Below are positions 1-9,728 of a stretch of 64,000 bases of DNA, one piece after another; position 1 is the stretch's first letter, and every line of letters begins with the position of its first letter. The position numbers and the translations under genes were made by a program. Source of the stretch: Bacteroidota bacterium (GTDB lineage Bacteria > Bacteroidota > Bacteroidia > Chitinophagales > Chitinophagaceae); the NCBI GenBank assembly GCA_041175905.1, contig JBEDEC010000017.1, forward strand, positions 1,448 through 65,447, given 5' to 3'. The notes below the pieces were generated by a model, which searched no databases, had not been told where the DNA came from, and saw only the letters and a list, made by a program, of their open reading frames with translations.

Positions 1-70
1 AGTGCGTATTCAAAACGATACGATTATCAATTTTTCACAGCACTTCTGGGATCCGCAACAAGAAAGCTGA
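1..70 (+). CDS. Possible 3' end of a gene entering from the left edge (VRIQNDTIINFSQHFWDPQQES*)
   Basis: Frame from position 2 is open to TGA at 68-70 and converges on the DUF420 stop at 73, like other convergent pairs in the window. Too short to identify. Confidence 0.4.
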   Translation, partial: VRIQNDTIINFSQHFWDPQQES

Positions 71-72
71 AC

Positions 73-615
73 TTATTGATAGTACGGGCTAATCATCCAA
101 TACACCAGCACTCCTGTAACAGCAACATAAAACCAAATTGGCCAGGTAATCTTTGCTAATTTTCGGTGAGACGCCCATTCACTAATCAACCCTCGATACG
201 CCGTAAAAAGAATAAAAGGAAGAATGATTCCGGCTAATGGGATATGTGTAAATAGAATGACGTAATAAATTGTTTTCATCATGCCCACTCCTCCATAACT
301 CGTCTCACCCGCTAACAAATGATGGGCTATATAACTCACTAAAAAAAGTACAGAAAGTACCAATGCCCCAATCATTAAATTTCGATGTAGTGCATACTGC
401 TTTGTTTTTACGGCCCACAAAGCTGCCACTAGTAAAACGGCCACTGTACCATTAATAACTGAATTAATGAATGCAAAAAGGTGTACATCAAAACCCAAAT
501 CTACTTCGAGCTTGATGCGACCTAACACAACAACAGCCGTAAAAACAATTAATGAAAAAAGGATAATCAGACGGCTAGCCAGCTTATCATTCTTTTTTAA
601 ACAAGGCTGTAACAT
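73..615 (-). CDS. DUF420 family membrane protein
   Basis: Multi-TM protein with HRNLM, FTHIPLA and HRKLAKITWPIWFYVAVTG motifs; last gene of the cox operon, a usual position. Confidence 0.9.
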   Translation of the reverse strand: MLQPCLKKNDKLASRLIILFSLIVFTAVVVLGRIKLEVDLGFDVHLFAFINSVINGTVAVLLVAALWAVKTKQYALHRNLMIGALVLSVLFLVSYIAHHLLAGETSYGGVGMMKTIYYVILFTHIPLAGIILPFILFTAYRGLISEWASHRKLAKITWPIWFYVAVTGVLVYWMISPYYQ

Positions 616-620
616 ATCGC

Positions 621-1421
621 TTAAGATTTATTTTTTTTCAAAAAATAGAGCAATGTAAAAACACCAAGAATCGCCATTAAAAAGGAAATCGCCATCACCG
701 TTAACTTACCTTCAAAAAAGGAGCGACGGTTTGGATTTTTTTCCATGGTCAATAAAATAATATCACGCTGCAAACGTGCAAGATCTTCTGGATCGAGTCC
801 ACTATAATAGCCTCTCACCTGTCTATTGATATCAATCAACACAAACTTGTCACTATGTACAAAATTGGTATCCACATTTTCTCCATCAATCAACCCCAAT
901 TTCATATCGTTGATGGCCATTTCATAAATGCTCTTTTTATCTCCCGTTAACAACCACCAGGTTTCGGGGTTGATTTGAAAACGGTTAGCCCAATAACGAA
1001 GGCGTTGCAAACTATCACGCTCAGGATCGATGCTGAATGAAAGGAAATGAATATTTCGGTTGGTACGGTCTCCTACCCGCTGCCCATTGTGAATGGTTTC
1101 GGCTAACCGCTTCATATTTTGCGTCATGCCCGGACAAATAGTAGGACAACGCGTAAAAAAGAAATCTGCTACAATAATCTTGTTTTCCAAGTCAGCCCAT
1201 CCCACTTGCTTTCCTTGTTGATTCAATAATGAAAACGCAGGAAGACGATGCCAAGCGGTATCCGTAATTTTTTTACCTCGCTTGGTAGTTTGATAAACTG
1301 AATCGGGAAAATAATGTCGGGGCAAAGTGATTGCGCTCTGACTATTCGATTCCACAATCCAGTAAGAAATAAGTGGAACAATCAGCGCAATCAGTATTCC
1401 GTATAGCGCAGTTTTATTCAG
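621..1421 (-). CDS. SCO1/SenC family copper chaperone (probable CTG start at 1421)
   Basis: FFFTRCPTICP (CxxxC), IDPERD and conserved His (FVHS). The frame extends upstream of the 1355 ORF call through a hydrophobic anchor NKTALYGILIALIVPLISYWIV to CTG 1421. Confidence 0.9.
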   Translation of the reverse strand: MNKTALYGILIALIVPLISYWIVESNSQSAITLPRHYFPDSVYQTTKRGKKITDTAWHRLPAFSLLNQQGKQVGWADLENKIIVADFFFTRCPTICPGMTQNMKRLAETIHNGQRVGDRTNRNIHFLSFSIDPERDSLQRLRYWANRFQINPETWWLLTGDKKSIYEMAINDMKLGLIDGENVDTNFVHSDKFVLIDINRQVRGYYSGLDPEDLARLQRDIILLTMEKNPNRRSFFEGKLTVMAISFLMAILGVFTLLYFLKKNKS

Positions 1422-1423
1422 GC

Positions 1424-1834
1424 TTAATGTTTATGCGGCATGGTTGTCTCCTTGTAGTGCGCATCATATTTGTTACGCAAATTCTTATAGGAGCTTCCAT
1501 CCCAAATGAATGCACCAATAAACCAAACAAAAAGTAATAGTGGCACTACAATTGTCATAATCATATTGCGAATTTCATCACCTAGGTGCATGAAAACAGA
1601 AACAATGTAGTAAGCTTTCGCCAGTGTCAAAATACAAACAGCTCCTTTGAACATTAATACCAATAATTCATTAGGAGAATCACCCTTATGGATATTATAG
1701 ATAACTAGTCCAATAACTAACTCTACGATTGTGATAATCGACAAAAGAATTGTTGTATTTCTAACTTTTTTCTTAAAAGTAGCGTCATCAACGTGATGAT
1801 GTACGGTTACTTCTTCAAAGGCGGGATGTTGCAT
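1424..1834 (-). CDS. Cytochrome c oxidase subunit IV family protein
   Basis: Three TM helices, KAYYIVSVFMHL motif, operon context. Confidence 0.9.
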   Translation of the reverse strand: MQHPAFEEVTVHHHVDDATFKKKVRNTTILLSIITIVELVIGLVIYNIHKGDSPNELLVLMFKGAVCILTLAKAYYIVSVFMHLGDEIRNMIMTIVVPLLLFVWFIGAFIWDGSSYKNLRNKYDAHYKETTMPHKH

Positions 1835-1865
1835 ATCAGTTCGGTTTCGTTTAGTAGTAAAGTGT

Positions 1866-2747
1866 TTAGATCAGATAAAAGCAAAGGAATACAAATACCC
1901 ATACCAGATCCACAAAGTGCCAGTATAAACCAGCTTTCTCAATCATCAAATAGTGACCACGACGGGCAAAAACATCTTTCTGTGTCATCATCAACATGAT
2001 GATATTGATAATTACACCTGAAAACACGTGAAATCCATGGAATCCAGTAATACCAAAAAAGTAACCACCGAATGCAACGGGGCCATTTTCTCTGATATGA
2101 AGCCCTTCAATATCGATCATCTTGATTAACTCCTCATTGGAAAGCGCAGCATAATTTACATGTGCAGCTCCTTCAGTTTCATGCCCTCCCATATGCGCTA
2201 ATCGTTCTAAAATTTCACGAGGGGTATTTTGAATAGCAGCAGTAATGTCTCCAGTAGTGGCTAAGTCACCCCAAGGGTTAATCCGAGTTGTTTGTCCTAC
2301 AATATCCAATTGACCATCAACAAGAACAGCATGCTCTCCCGTAATAAGGTGATGCCATTCCCAAGCTTGACAACCTAAAAACGCAGCGCCACCAATGATC
2401 GTCCAAATCAACCACTTGATCACGCCCTTCTTATCATTATTATGACCAGCATGTACTGCCAACACCATTGTTACAGAAGAAATAATCAGAATAAACGTCA
2501 TCACACTCACAAATGCAAGTGGAAGGTTTGCATGGCCTGCACCCGGAAACGCGTTGAATACCACGTTAGGATCTGGCCAGAAATTCTGACTAAAACGAAT
2601 GGTGCCATACGAGATCAGGAATGCTCCGAATGTAAAAGCATCACTCATGAGGAAATACCACATCATGAGTTTACCATACTCCAGGTTAAAGGGGCTTTTT
2701 CCGCCACTCCACCATTTTGTCTGCTGTACTGTTGCAGTTGTCGCCAT
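1866..2747 (-). CDS. Cytochrome c oxidase subunit III (second paralog, with soluble insertion)
   Basis: MWYFLMSDAFTF, ITGFHGFHV and GLYWHFVDLVWVFVF motifs. Confidence 0.93.
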   Translation of the reverse strand: MATTATVQQTKWWSGGKSPFNLEYGKLMMWYFLMSDAFTFGAFLISYGTIRFSQNFWPDPNVVFNAFPGAGHANLPLAFVSVMTFILIISSVTMVLAVHAGHNNDKKGVIKWLIWTIIGGAAFLGCQAWEWHHLITGEHAVLVDGQLDIVGQTTRINPWGDLATTGDITAAIQNTPREILERLAHMGGHETEGAAHVNYAALSNEELIKMIDIEGLHIRENGPVAFGGYFFGITGFHGFHVFSGVIINIIMLMMTQKDVFARRGHYLMIEKAGLYWHFVDLVWVFVFLCFYLI

Positions 2748-2775
2748 GTTACGTAATTGATCTTAAAAATTATTT

Positions 2776-3354
2776 TTAGTTCTTGCCGAGCACCAAAAAG
2801 AATACCAGCAAATAGATCCATAATAGATCTACAAAATGCCAGTACGTTGCAGCGATCTCAACAGGAACTGAACTATACACTTTTACCCTTCCAAAAAAGG
2901 CCTTTGTTACCATCACCAACAAAGCAATCACTCCACCAACTACGTGAAGGGCATGTAATCCAAAAATTACATACAAAAACTGCCCTGCTCCGGAGCCCTT
3001 GAACGTGATTTGCTGTGCCCACAATGCTTGAAACCCCTGCCACTGCATAGCAATGAATGTAACCCCTAATAAAAGTGTTACAATCATGAGTATACGATAC
3101 GTAGCTAGACTGCGATTCTTAAAAGCGCGTTGTGCTGCGATTATCGTAGCACTGCTTAGCAGAATCACAATTGTCGATACCCAAAATACATTGGGTAAGG
3201 ACACCGGTTTCCAACCAACCTGATTACTTTTTACAATGAACGCACTCGTAAGCCCGGCAAACATCATGATGAGGCTTCCCATGGCAATCCACAAGGTAAA
3301 CTTGTGGGGGTGCATCCGTTGTGTTGTTGCGTTACTCACATTTACATTTTTCAA
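2776..3354 (-). CDS. Cytochrome c oxidase subunit III (first paralog)
   Basis: GLHALHV and YWHFVDLLWIYL motifs; TTG start overlaps the heme O synthase stop. Confidence 0.9.
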   Translation of the reverse strand: MKNVNVSNATTQRMHPHKFTLWIAMGSLIMMFAGLTSAFIVKSNQVGWKPVSLPNVFWVSTIVILLSSATIIAAQRAFKNRSLATYRILMIVTLLLGVTFIAMQWQGFQALWAQQITFKGSGAGQFLYVIFGLHALHVVGGVIALLVMVTKAFFGRVKVYSSVPVEIAATYWHFVDLLWIYLLVFFLVLGKN

Positions 3355-4262
3355 CCATGCGGCAATGTTTTACTCAGCAATAGCGCTAATAAGACAAGCG
3401 GCAAATACAAATAGCTTCCAAACATAACTTTTCGAGCAGCAGAGACTTCCATAGTTCTATAGAGGTTCACTGAACGAAAAATCATAAACAGGTTGGCCAT
3501 TACAACCACTGCTATTCCAATCATACCGGATGTGCCCTGGCTGGACGACATGCCTGTATAAAAGGGTAACAGGGTCACTGGTACCAATAACAACGAGTAA
3601 AGAACTGTTTGCAATGCCGTGAAGCGAGTAGGACCTTGTTCAGAAGGAAGTAATTTAAACCCAACTGAAGAATAATCCTTGTGCGCCACCCAGGCAATTG
3701 CCCAAAAGTGTGGAAACTGCCAAAAGAATTGAAATGCAAACAGTATCCATCCTCCCAGTGTAAACTGATCGTCTCCGGCAACCCAACCTATCAAACAAGG
3801 TAGTGCCCCAGGGACGGCACCCATCAACACAGCAATAGAATTTACTTTCTTTAGCGGTGTATAAATGAATGCATAGAGAAATAAACTGAATGCAGCCAAC
3901 GAGGCAGCCATCCAATTGAACCAATAACCCATGAGAAACACTCCCGTGACTCCAGTCAGAATAGCAAAAAGCCATCCTTGTTGCGGCGTTAATTGACCCG
4001 ATGCAATAGGACGACTTGCTGTCCGTTTCATTTTTGCATCTGTGTCACGCTCTACAACCTGGTTGATCGCATTAGCGCTCCCAGTTATCAGCATCCCACT
4101 TACAAAGAGCCAACTTATCATGGTCCAATCATACTCTATGACCTTTGGTGCCAGCAGATAAGCAATTACACTACTGAACACCACCATGATACTCAGCGAA
4201 GGTTTCATCAATAATATATACAATCTCAGCTTCATCAATGCCTTCGCTTTTTCAAAAAACAA
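3351..4262 (-). CDS. cyoE: Protoheme IX farnesyltransferase (heme O synthase)
   Basis: NQVVERDTDAKMKRTASRP, YTPLK and WQFPHFWAI motifs; exact start uncertain (4262, 4238 or 4235). Confidence 0.95.
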   Translation of the reverse strand: MFFEKAKALMKLRLYILLMKPSLSIMVVFSSVIAYLLAPKVIEYDWTMISWLFVSGMLITGSANAINQVVERDTDAKMKRTASRPIASGQLTPQQGWLFAILTGVTGVFLMGYWFNWMAASLAAFSLFLYAFIYTPLKKVNSIAVLMGAVPGALPCLIGWVAGDDQFTLGGWILFAFQFFWQFPHFWAIAWVAHKDYSSVGFKLLPSEQGPTRFTALQTVLYSLLLVPVTLLPFYTGMSSSQGTSGMIGIAVVVMANLFMIFRSVNLYRTMEVSAARKVMFGSYLYLPLVLLALLLSKTLPHG

Positions 4263-4297
4263 CTTTACAAACTTCTCCGTTGCCTGTTGGCGTCAGA

Positions 4298-6103
4298 TTA
4301 ATGTTTGCTTTCTCCTGACCCTACAGGCTCGTTCTGCGGAATGAACTCGCGTCCATCCTTTCCGTAGTCATAAGGCCAACGATGTACCTCAGGAATATCA
4401 CCTTCCCAGTTTCCATGACCAGGGTTGATAGGTGTGGTCCACTCTAGGGTGTTTGCTCCCCATGGATTTTGGGTGCGAACCTTTCTTCCTTTATAAATCG
4501 AATAGAAAAAGTTGAATACAAATAATAACTGAACAACAAATACGATGATGGATACAATCGTAATCATCTTATCCAATTCACCAAACTGACTGAAGTTTAC
4601 CCAACCCCGCTTATCTAAATAACGACGAGGTACTCCGGCCAAACCTTGATAGTGCATAGGCCAGAAAATCAAATAAGCCCCCGCTATAGTAACCCAGAAG
4701 TGGATATACGCAAGTGTGTTATTTAGATAACGGCCAAACATTTTAGGAAACCAGTGATAAACCCCAGCAAACATGCCGAACATTGATGCAACTCCCATTA
4801 CAATATGGAAGTGTGCAACAACAAACATAGTATCATGCAAATGAATATCAATTGTAGAGTTTCCTAAAAAGATACCTGTCAAACCTCCAGAAATAAATAA
4901 GCTTACAAAGCCGATTGCAAATAATGCAGCGGGTGTAAAGCGAATGTTACCACGCCAGATGGTTGTCAACCAGTTGAACACTTTAATCGCCGAAGGAACG
5001 GCAATTAATAAGGTCAACAGGACAAATACGGAACCTAAAAACGGATTCAATCCTGTCACGAACATGTGGTGTGCCCATACTAAGAAGGCCAGAATTGCAA
5101 TCGCAAATAAAGAAGCTAACATCGCCATGTAACCAAAAATTGGTTTACGGCTGTTAACTGATAAAATTTCAGAAACCATTCCCATGGCAGGTAACAAAAT
5201 GATGTATACCTCTGGGTGACCTAAAAACCAAAACAAGTGTTGATATAAAATTGCACTACCCCCTTCATTAGGAAGTATTTCGCCATTCACAACTATATCA
5301 CTTAAGTAGAAACTGGTTCCCAAATTACGGTCGAACAATAAAAGAATAGCACCAGAAAGTAATACAGGGAAAGAAAGAACACCTAATACAGCTGTAAAGA
5401 ACATTGCCCATATTGGTAAAGGAAGTCGAGTCATACTCATTCCTTTTGTACGCATGTTCAAAATAGTGGAGATATAATTCAATCCACCTAGCAGCGATGA
5501 AACGACAAATAATGCCATACTAATCAACCACAAATCAGTACCTACCTTTTGACCATCACCGGCTTGACGAAGTGCACTCAATGGAGGATACATAGTCCAT
5601 CCACCCGATGCAGGTCCGGTATGTACAAAGATGGAAGCGGCCATTACAATACCAGCCAAGAAGAAAAACCAGTAAGACAACATGTTTAAAAATGGAGAGG
5701 CCATGTCACGTGCACCAACTTGTAATGGAATCAAAATATTTGCAAAGGTTCCACTCAAACCTGCCGTTAACACAAAAAATACCAATATAGTACCATGCAT
5801 CGTTACCAATGCATAATAGAACTCGGGCTGAATTTGTCCACCTTTTGCCCAATGGCCAAATACGGTTTCTAAAATTGGGAATGACGCTTCAGGGTATCCC
5901 AATTGGAGACGGAACAAAACAGAAAAGAATCCACCGATAATCGCCCAAACGATACCAGTGATCAGGAATTGCTTCCCGATTGTTTTGTGGTCCATACTGA
6001 AGATGTACTTCGAAATGAAGGACTGTTCATGGTGACCATGGTCCTCGTGGTGAGTGTGCGCATGAGTCACTACCGCTGCTTGTACTGTTGTTGTTTCGCT
6101 CAT
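4298..6103 (-). CDS. ctaD: Cytochrome c oxidase subunit I, A1 type
   Basis: MHG, GWTMYPPL, WFLGHPEVY, WAHHM and HDTMFVVAHFH metal-ligand motifs; ATG 6103 (MSETT) preferred over 6154. Confidence 0.97.
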   Translation of the reverse strand: MSETTTVQAAVVTHAHTHHEDHGHHEQSFISKYIFSMDHKTIGKQFLITGIVWAIIGGFFSVLFRLQLGYPEASFPILETVFGHWAKGGQIQPEFYYALVTMHGTILVFFVLTAGLSGTFANILIPLQVGARDMASPFLNMLSYWFFFLAGIVMAASIFVHTGPASGGWTMYPPLSALRQAGDGQKVGTDLWLISMALFVVSSLLGGLNYISTILNMRTKGMSMTRLPLPIWAMFFTAVLGVLSFPVLLSGAILLLFDRNLGTSFYLSDIVVNGEILPNEGGSAILYQHLFWFLGHPEVYIILLPAMGMVSEILSVNSRKPIFGYMAMLASLFAIAILAFLVWAHHMFVTGLNPFLGSVFVLLTLLIAVPSAIKVFNWLTTIWRGNIRFTPAALFAIGFVSLFISGGLTGIFLGNSTIDIHLHDTMFVVAHFHIVMGVASMFGMFAGVYHWFPKMFGRYLNNTLAYIHFWVTIAGAYLIFWPMHYQGLAGVPRRYLDKRGWVNFSQFGELDKMITIVSIIVFVVQLLFVFNFFYSIYKGRKVRTQNPWGANTLEWTTPINPGHGNWEGDIPEVHRWPYDYGKDGREFIPQNEPVGSGESKH

Positions 6104-6137
6104 TGCTCTTCGTTTTTTCGAATTCTGAATTTTTCTT

Positions 6138-7181
6138 TTATCGAATGATCGCACCAGTTAAGGGTGCAACACTTACGCTATCTTTTTTTGTAGCTGGATC
6201 TTTATCGGGATTTGCTACCAAATACTGAGGCTTTTTAGAAGCTAACCAAGCATCAAATTCTTCCTGTGTCTCTACAACAATCACACCACGCATACTCCAG
6301 TGGCCTTTACCACATAATTGATCACAAGACATTTCATATACAAAATCAGGATTCCCTGTTTTCACTTTCATCTCCTTAGTCGTATATGTCGGAGTAAACC
6401 ACATGGAGGTAGGCGTCCCGGGAACGGCATCCATTTTCATACGGAAATGCACTAGTCCTACGTCATGAATTACATCTTTAGCGCCAATAACTAATTGCAC
6501 GGGCTTTCCAACTACTAAGTGCATTTCTTGCTCTACAAATACATCATCATGATTAGCAGGATCTTCCCATAGCTGACCTACCGGATTGTTATTTGCTGCG
6601 TCTACCTTCTTGAAATATTTTTTACCTAAAATTCCATCTGCACCGGGGTAACGAAACTCCCAACCAAACTGCTTTCCAACTACCTCAACAACCATTGCAT
6701 CTTTTGGAGCAGGGCCGGTGATCTTGAACCAATAGAAGATTCCAAAACCCACCAACACAGATAAAGCAATGGCAGGAATAACTGTCCAGATTAATTCAAG
6801 CGTGTTATTGTGAGGATAGTAATACGCTTTACGATTATCTGACTCCTGGTATTTATAAGCAAACCAGAATAATGCAATCTGTGTGATTAGAAATACTACG
6901 AATGTGATCGCCAAGGTCACATACAACATTCTATCTACTAACACACCATGATCAGAAGCAGGTTCACCCAAAATTGAATCCTTCAACTGCTCATTACAGT
7001 AATACACGCCAATTAATCCAAGTACCAAAAAGGCGAGCAACAAAAAGGCATTGATGCGATTACTTTGCTTACGCGCATTTTCATAACCACGAATCATTGC
7101 CACATACTCACTTGCTTTCGCAATTTGAAATACGACTACAAGGAATAAAATCAGGATAGCTGCAATAAGTAACGTCTGCAT
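6138..7181 (-). CDS. ctaC: Cytochrome c oxidase subunit II
   Basis: LELIWTVIP, DVIH and CuA motif CDQLCGKGHWSM; no fused cytochrome c. Confidence 0.95.
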   Translation of the reverse strand: MQTLLIAAILILFLVVVFQIAKASEYVAMIRGYENARKQSNRINAFLLLAFLVLGLIGVYYCNEQLKDSILGEPASDHGVLVDRMLYVTLAITFVVFLITQIALFWFAYKYQESDNRKAYYYPHNNTLELIWTVIPAIALSVLVGFGIFYWFKITGPAPKDAMVVEVVGKQFGWEFRYPGADGILGKKYFKKVDAANNNPVGQLWEDPANHDDVFVEQEMHLVVGKPVQLVIGAKDVIHDVGLVHFRMKMDAVPGTPTSMWFTPTYTTKEMKVKTGNPDFVYEMSCDQLCGKGHWSMRGVIVVETQEEFDAWLASKKPQYLVANPDKDPATKKDSVSVAPLTGAIIR

Positions 7182-7244
7182 AAGTTTATCTAACGGCTTT
7201 TAATTTCTGTTTACAAATCGTTCGCACAATCAATTGTCAAAAAA

Positions 7245-8477
7245 TCAGGTATGGTGAATTAAACTTTCTTTCACAAAAGGGTGATTACGGGCCAGCAACG
7301 GCGCTTTTGTCAACGCACGACCAGTCATATACATAATCAATCCTACAAAGCCTAATGCCACACCTAAGTCATAAATAATATTTGGAACCTTGCTGGGAGA
7401 AACGGCAGGAAATACCATCTGGTAGAAATCTAACCAGTGACCGAATATGATCAACAAGGCCATAAATGTGATTGTTCCATAATTACGTTTTGCACTACGC
7501 GTCATCAAAATCAACAAGGGAGCAATAAAGTTGATAATGAACATGAACCAAAAAATTCCTTTATAGATTCCGTGTGCACGGGGCTGGAAATAAACGGTTT
7601 CCTCAGGAATATTTGCATACCAGATCAGCATGAACTGGGAGAACCATAAATAAGTCCAGAACACAGAGAACGCAAACATGAACTTACCTAAATCATGTAA
7701 GTGTTCATTGTTGGTATATTCGAGATATCCGTTGTTCTTAAGAAAAACAACAAAAAGTGCAATCAGGGCCATACCAGAAACAAACGTACTAGCAAATGTG
7801 TACCAGCTATACATAGTGCTGTACCAATGCGCGTCGATACTCATCAACCATAACCAAGGAAGAGAAGACATCACCGTCAATGAAAACACCACAATGTAAA
7901 GAGCAGCCCACACTGTATTCTTGAAAATATATTTCTTACGCTCTTCCATAGTTGCGAGTGGCTCATCATCGATGCTACGAGACAATTGACGCATTTTCCA
8001 TCCGAGTAACGACCAAAGCACAACAGTCAAAATAGTAACAACAGAAAAGAATGTTTTATTCAGGAATCCTTTTTTGTGAGAAAGGATCTCATCATGTTTA
8101 ACATGCTCAACATCTGTCCAATGATAAATAGTATGGTTATCGCCAAATACGATAGATAATAGAATAGCAGCCGCAATCACACCCATAACAGGAACTACAG
8201 CAGAAATGGCTTCAGGTACACGACGGAAAGACATTTGCCATCCGCCCCAAGCCAAGGTAGTAATGCACATAAAAAACATAGCAGCATTCACCACTAATAA
8301 AAAGAAGACACTGTTCTGTAACAAAGAAGCCCAAAAACGTGCCTGCTCTTTAGGATCAGAGCTAGAACCGCTGGTCACCCAAAGGCCAATGATAGAAAGC
8401 AAACCAATCGCCATGAAAGTCCACGCGATGGTGTTGTAATTTTTTGGGGCGGTGAATGTAGAACGGATTGACATCAT
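7245..8477 (-). CDS. actF: Alternative complex III subunit F (quinol:cytochrome c oxidoreductase membrane subunit)
   Basis: Polytopic; WLMSIDAHWYSTM, HLHDLGK and WYANIPEE motifs; follows actE. Confidence 0.9.
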   Translation of the reverse strand: MMSIRSTFTAPKNYNTIAWTFMAIGLLSIIGLWVTSGSSSDPKEQARFWASLLQNSVFFLLVVNAAMFFMCITTLAWGGWQMSFRRVPEAISAVVPVMGVIAAAILLSIVFGDNHTIYHWTDVEHVKHDEILSHKKGFLNKTFFSVVTILTVVLWSLLGWKMRQLSRSIDDEPLATMEERKKYIFKNTVWAALYIVVFSLTVMSSLPWLWLMSIDAHWYSTMYSWYTFASTFVSGMALIALFVVFLKNNGYLEYTNNEHLHDLGKFMFAFSVFWTYLWFSQFMLIWYANIPEETVYFQPRAHGIYKGIFWFMFIINFIAPLLILMTRSAKRNYGTITFMALLIIFGHWLDFYQMVFPAVSPSKVPNIIYDLGVALGFVGLIMYMTGRALTKAPLLARNHPFVKESLIHHT

Positions 8478-8503
8478 GCTATTTTTAAATGCAAGAATTT
8501 CGA

Positions 8504-9106
8504 TTATTTAACAGCAGCTGTTGCAGCGCCAGCAGCTTCAGCTTGTTTAGTTTTAATGAATGTTACAATTGCCCAGCGTTGTTTACTGCTTAATTGAGAA
8601 CCATATCCACCCATCAAGTTTTTACCATAGGTAATAGAGTGAAACATTGTTCCCTCCGCCATGGTAGTAGCAATCGGATCTGTAATCAAATTGCGAGGAG
8701 CAGCAGGATAAGGACCGTCTCCACCTTTCCATAGAGGGCCGTTCCCATCCAATTTTGCACCATGACAAATTCCACAATTGATTAGATAGATGCGTTCTGC
8801 TTCTTTTAAATCAACTGTAGCGGGATCCAATGGATTTTTTACTTCTGCTGAACGTGCATAGCCAGTTGAATCATTTTTGAAAGGATACGATGCCAGCGCT
8901 CCGCGAGCTACAGTACCTTCTACGGGACGTGCATTATAATGAACGCCGGCCTTTGTCAATGCTTCCGTAGAAGCATACGTTTCGTAGGCGCGACTATAGG
9001 ACATATCAGGCATGTACACTTTACCTGTGTCGCGTCTAACCTGATTACAACCTACAATGGTGAATGCCATTGCGATGGTTCCTGTAAGCAGTGCTAATTT
9101 TTTCAT
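8504..9106 (-). CDS. actE: Alternative complex III subunit E, monoheme cytochrome c lipoprotein
   Basis: Lipobox IVGC, YMPDM and a single CGICH. Confidence 0.9.
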   Translation of the reverse strand: MKKLALLTGTIAMAFTIVGCNQVRRDTGKVYMPDMSYSRAYETYASTEALTKAGVHYNARPVEGTVARGALASYPFKNDSTGYARSAEVKNPLDPATVDLKEAERIYLINCGICHGAKLDGNGPLWKGGDGPYPAAPRNLITDPIATTMAEGTMFHSITYGKNLMGGYGSQLSSKQRWAIVTFIKTKQAEAAGAATAAVK

Positions 9107-9134
9107 CCCCTTTTCGGTTTATTGGTTCAATTCT

Positions 9135-9707
9135 TTATTTCTCAAAACGCATTTTATCGTTGGCGTAGTTACCTAACCACCAACCTGTTTCTTTTGTTTC
9201 CACTTTCACATCAGTAGCGCCAGCAGCTTGTAAAAACTGAATGGCTTCAGCCTCGTTAGTAGAAGAAGTACATTCAATCGCCATCACAAACGTATCGTCT
9301 GTAGAACGAGGATTGAAATGATCTTTCTTTACAAAAGGAGCCAACTGACAAAGCCAGCAAAAAGTCAACACCATTCCAACAGCTGCAAACAATACTGTCA
9401 ACTCAAAGGTTACAGGAATCCACGCAGGCAACGCAAAGTAGGGCTTACCACCAAAATTGATTGCCCAGTCAATGGTCAATGCCCAGGTGATAAATCCAAC
9501 AGCTGTGGAAGTACCCGTAATACCATAGATAAAACCAGCTGTATGCAAACTAGTATCACGAAGTCCCATTTCCTTATCCAATCCATGAATAGGAAATGGC
9601 GTAAACACATCGTGTAACTTATAGCCGGCGCGACGAACCTTTTTAACGGCAGGAAACAATACCGCTTCATCGGTAAAGTTGCCAACTATGAATTTCTTTT
9701 TCGCCAT
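9135..9707 (-). CDS. actD: Alternative complex III subunit D (DUF3341)
   Basis: FTPFPIHG, GGKP and PVTFELTVL motifs; two TM helices. Confidence 0.92.
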   Translation of the reverse strand: MAKKKFIVGNFTDEAVLFPAVKKVRRAGYKLHDVFTPFPIHGLDKEMGLRDTSLHTAGFIYGITGTSTAVGFITWALTIDWAINFGGKPYFALPAWIPVTFELTVLFAAVGMVLTFCWLCQLAPFVKKDHFNPRSTDDTFVMAIECTSSTNEAEAIQFLQAAGATDVKVETKETGWWLGNYANDKMRFEK

Positions 9708-9728
9708 ATACTCTTAATTGCGATTTGA

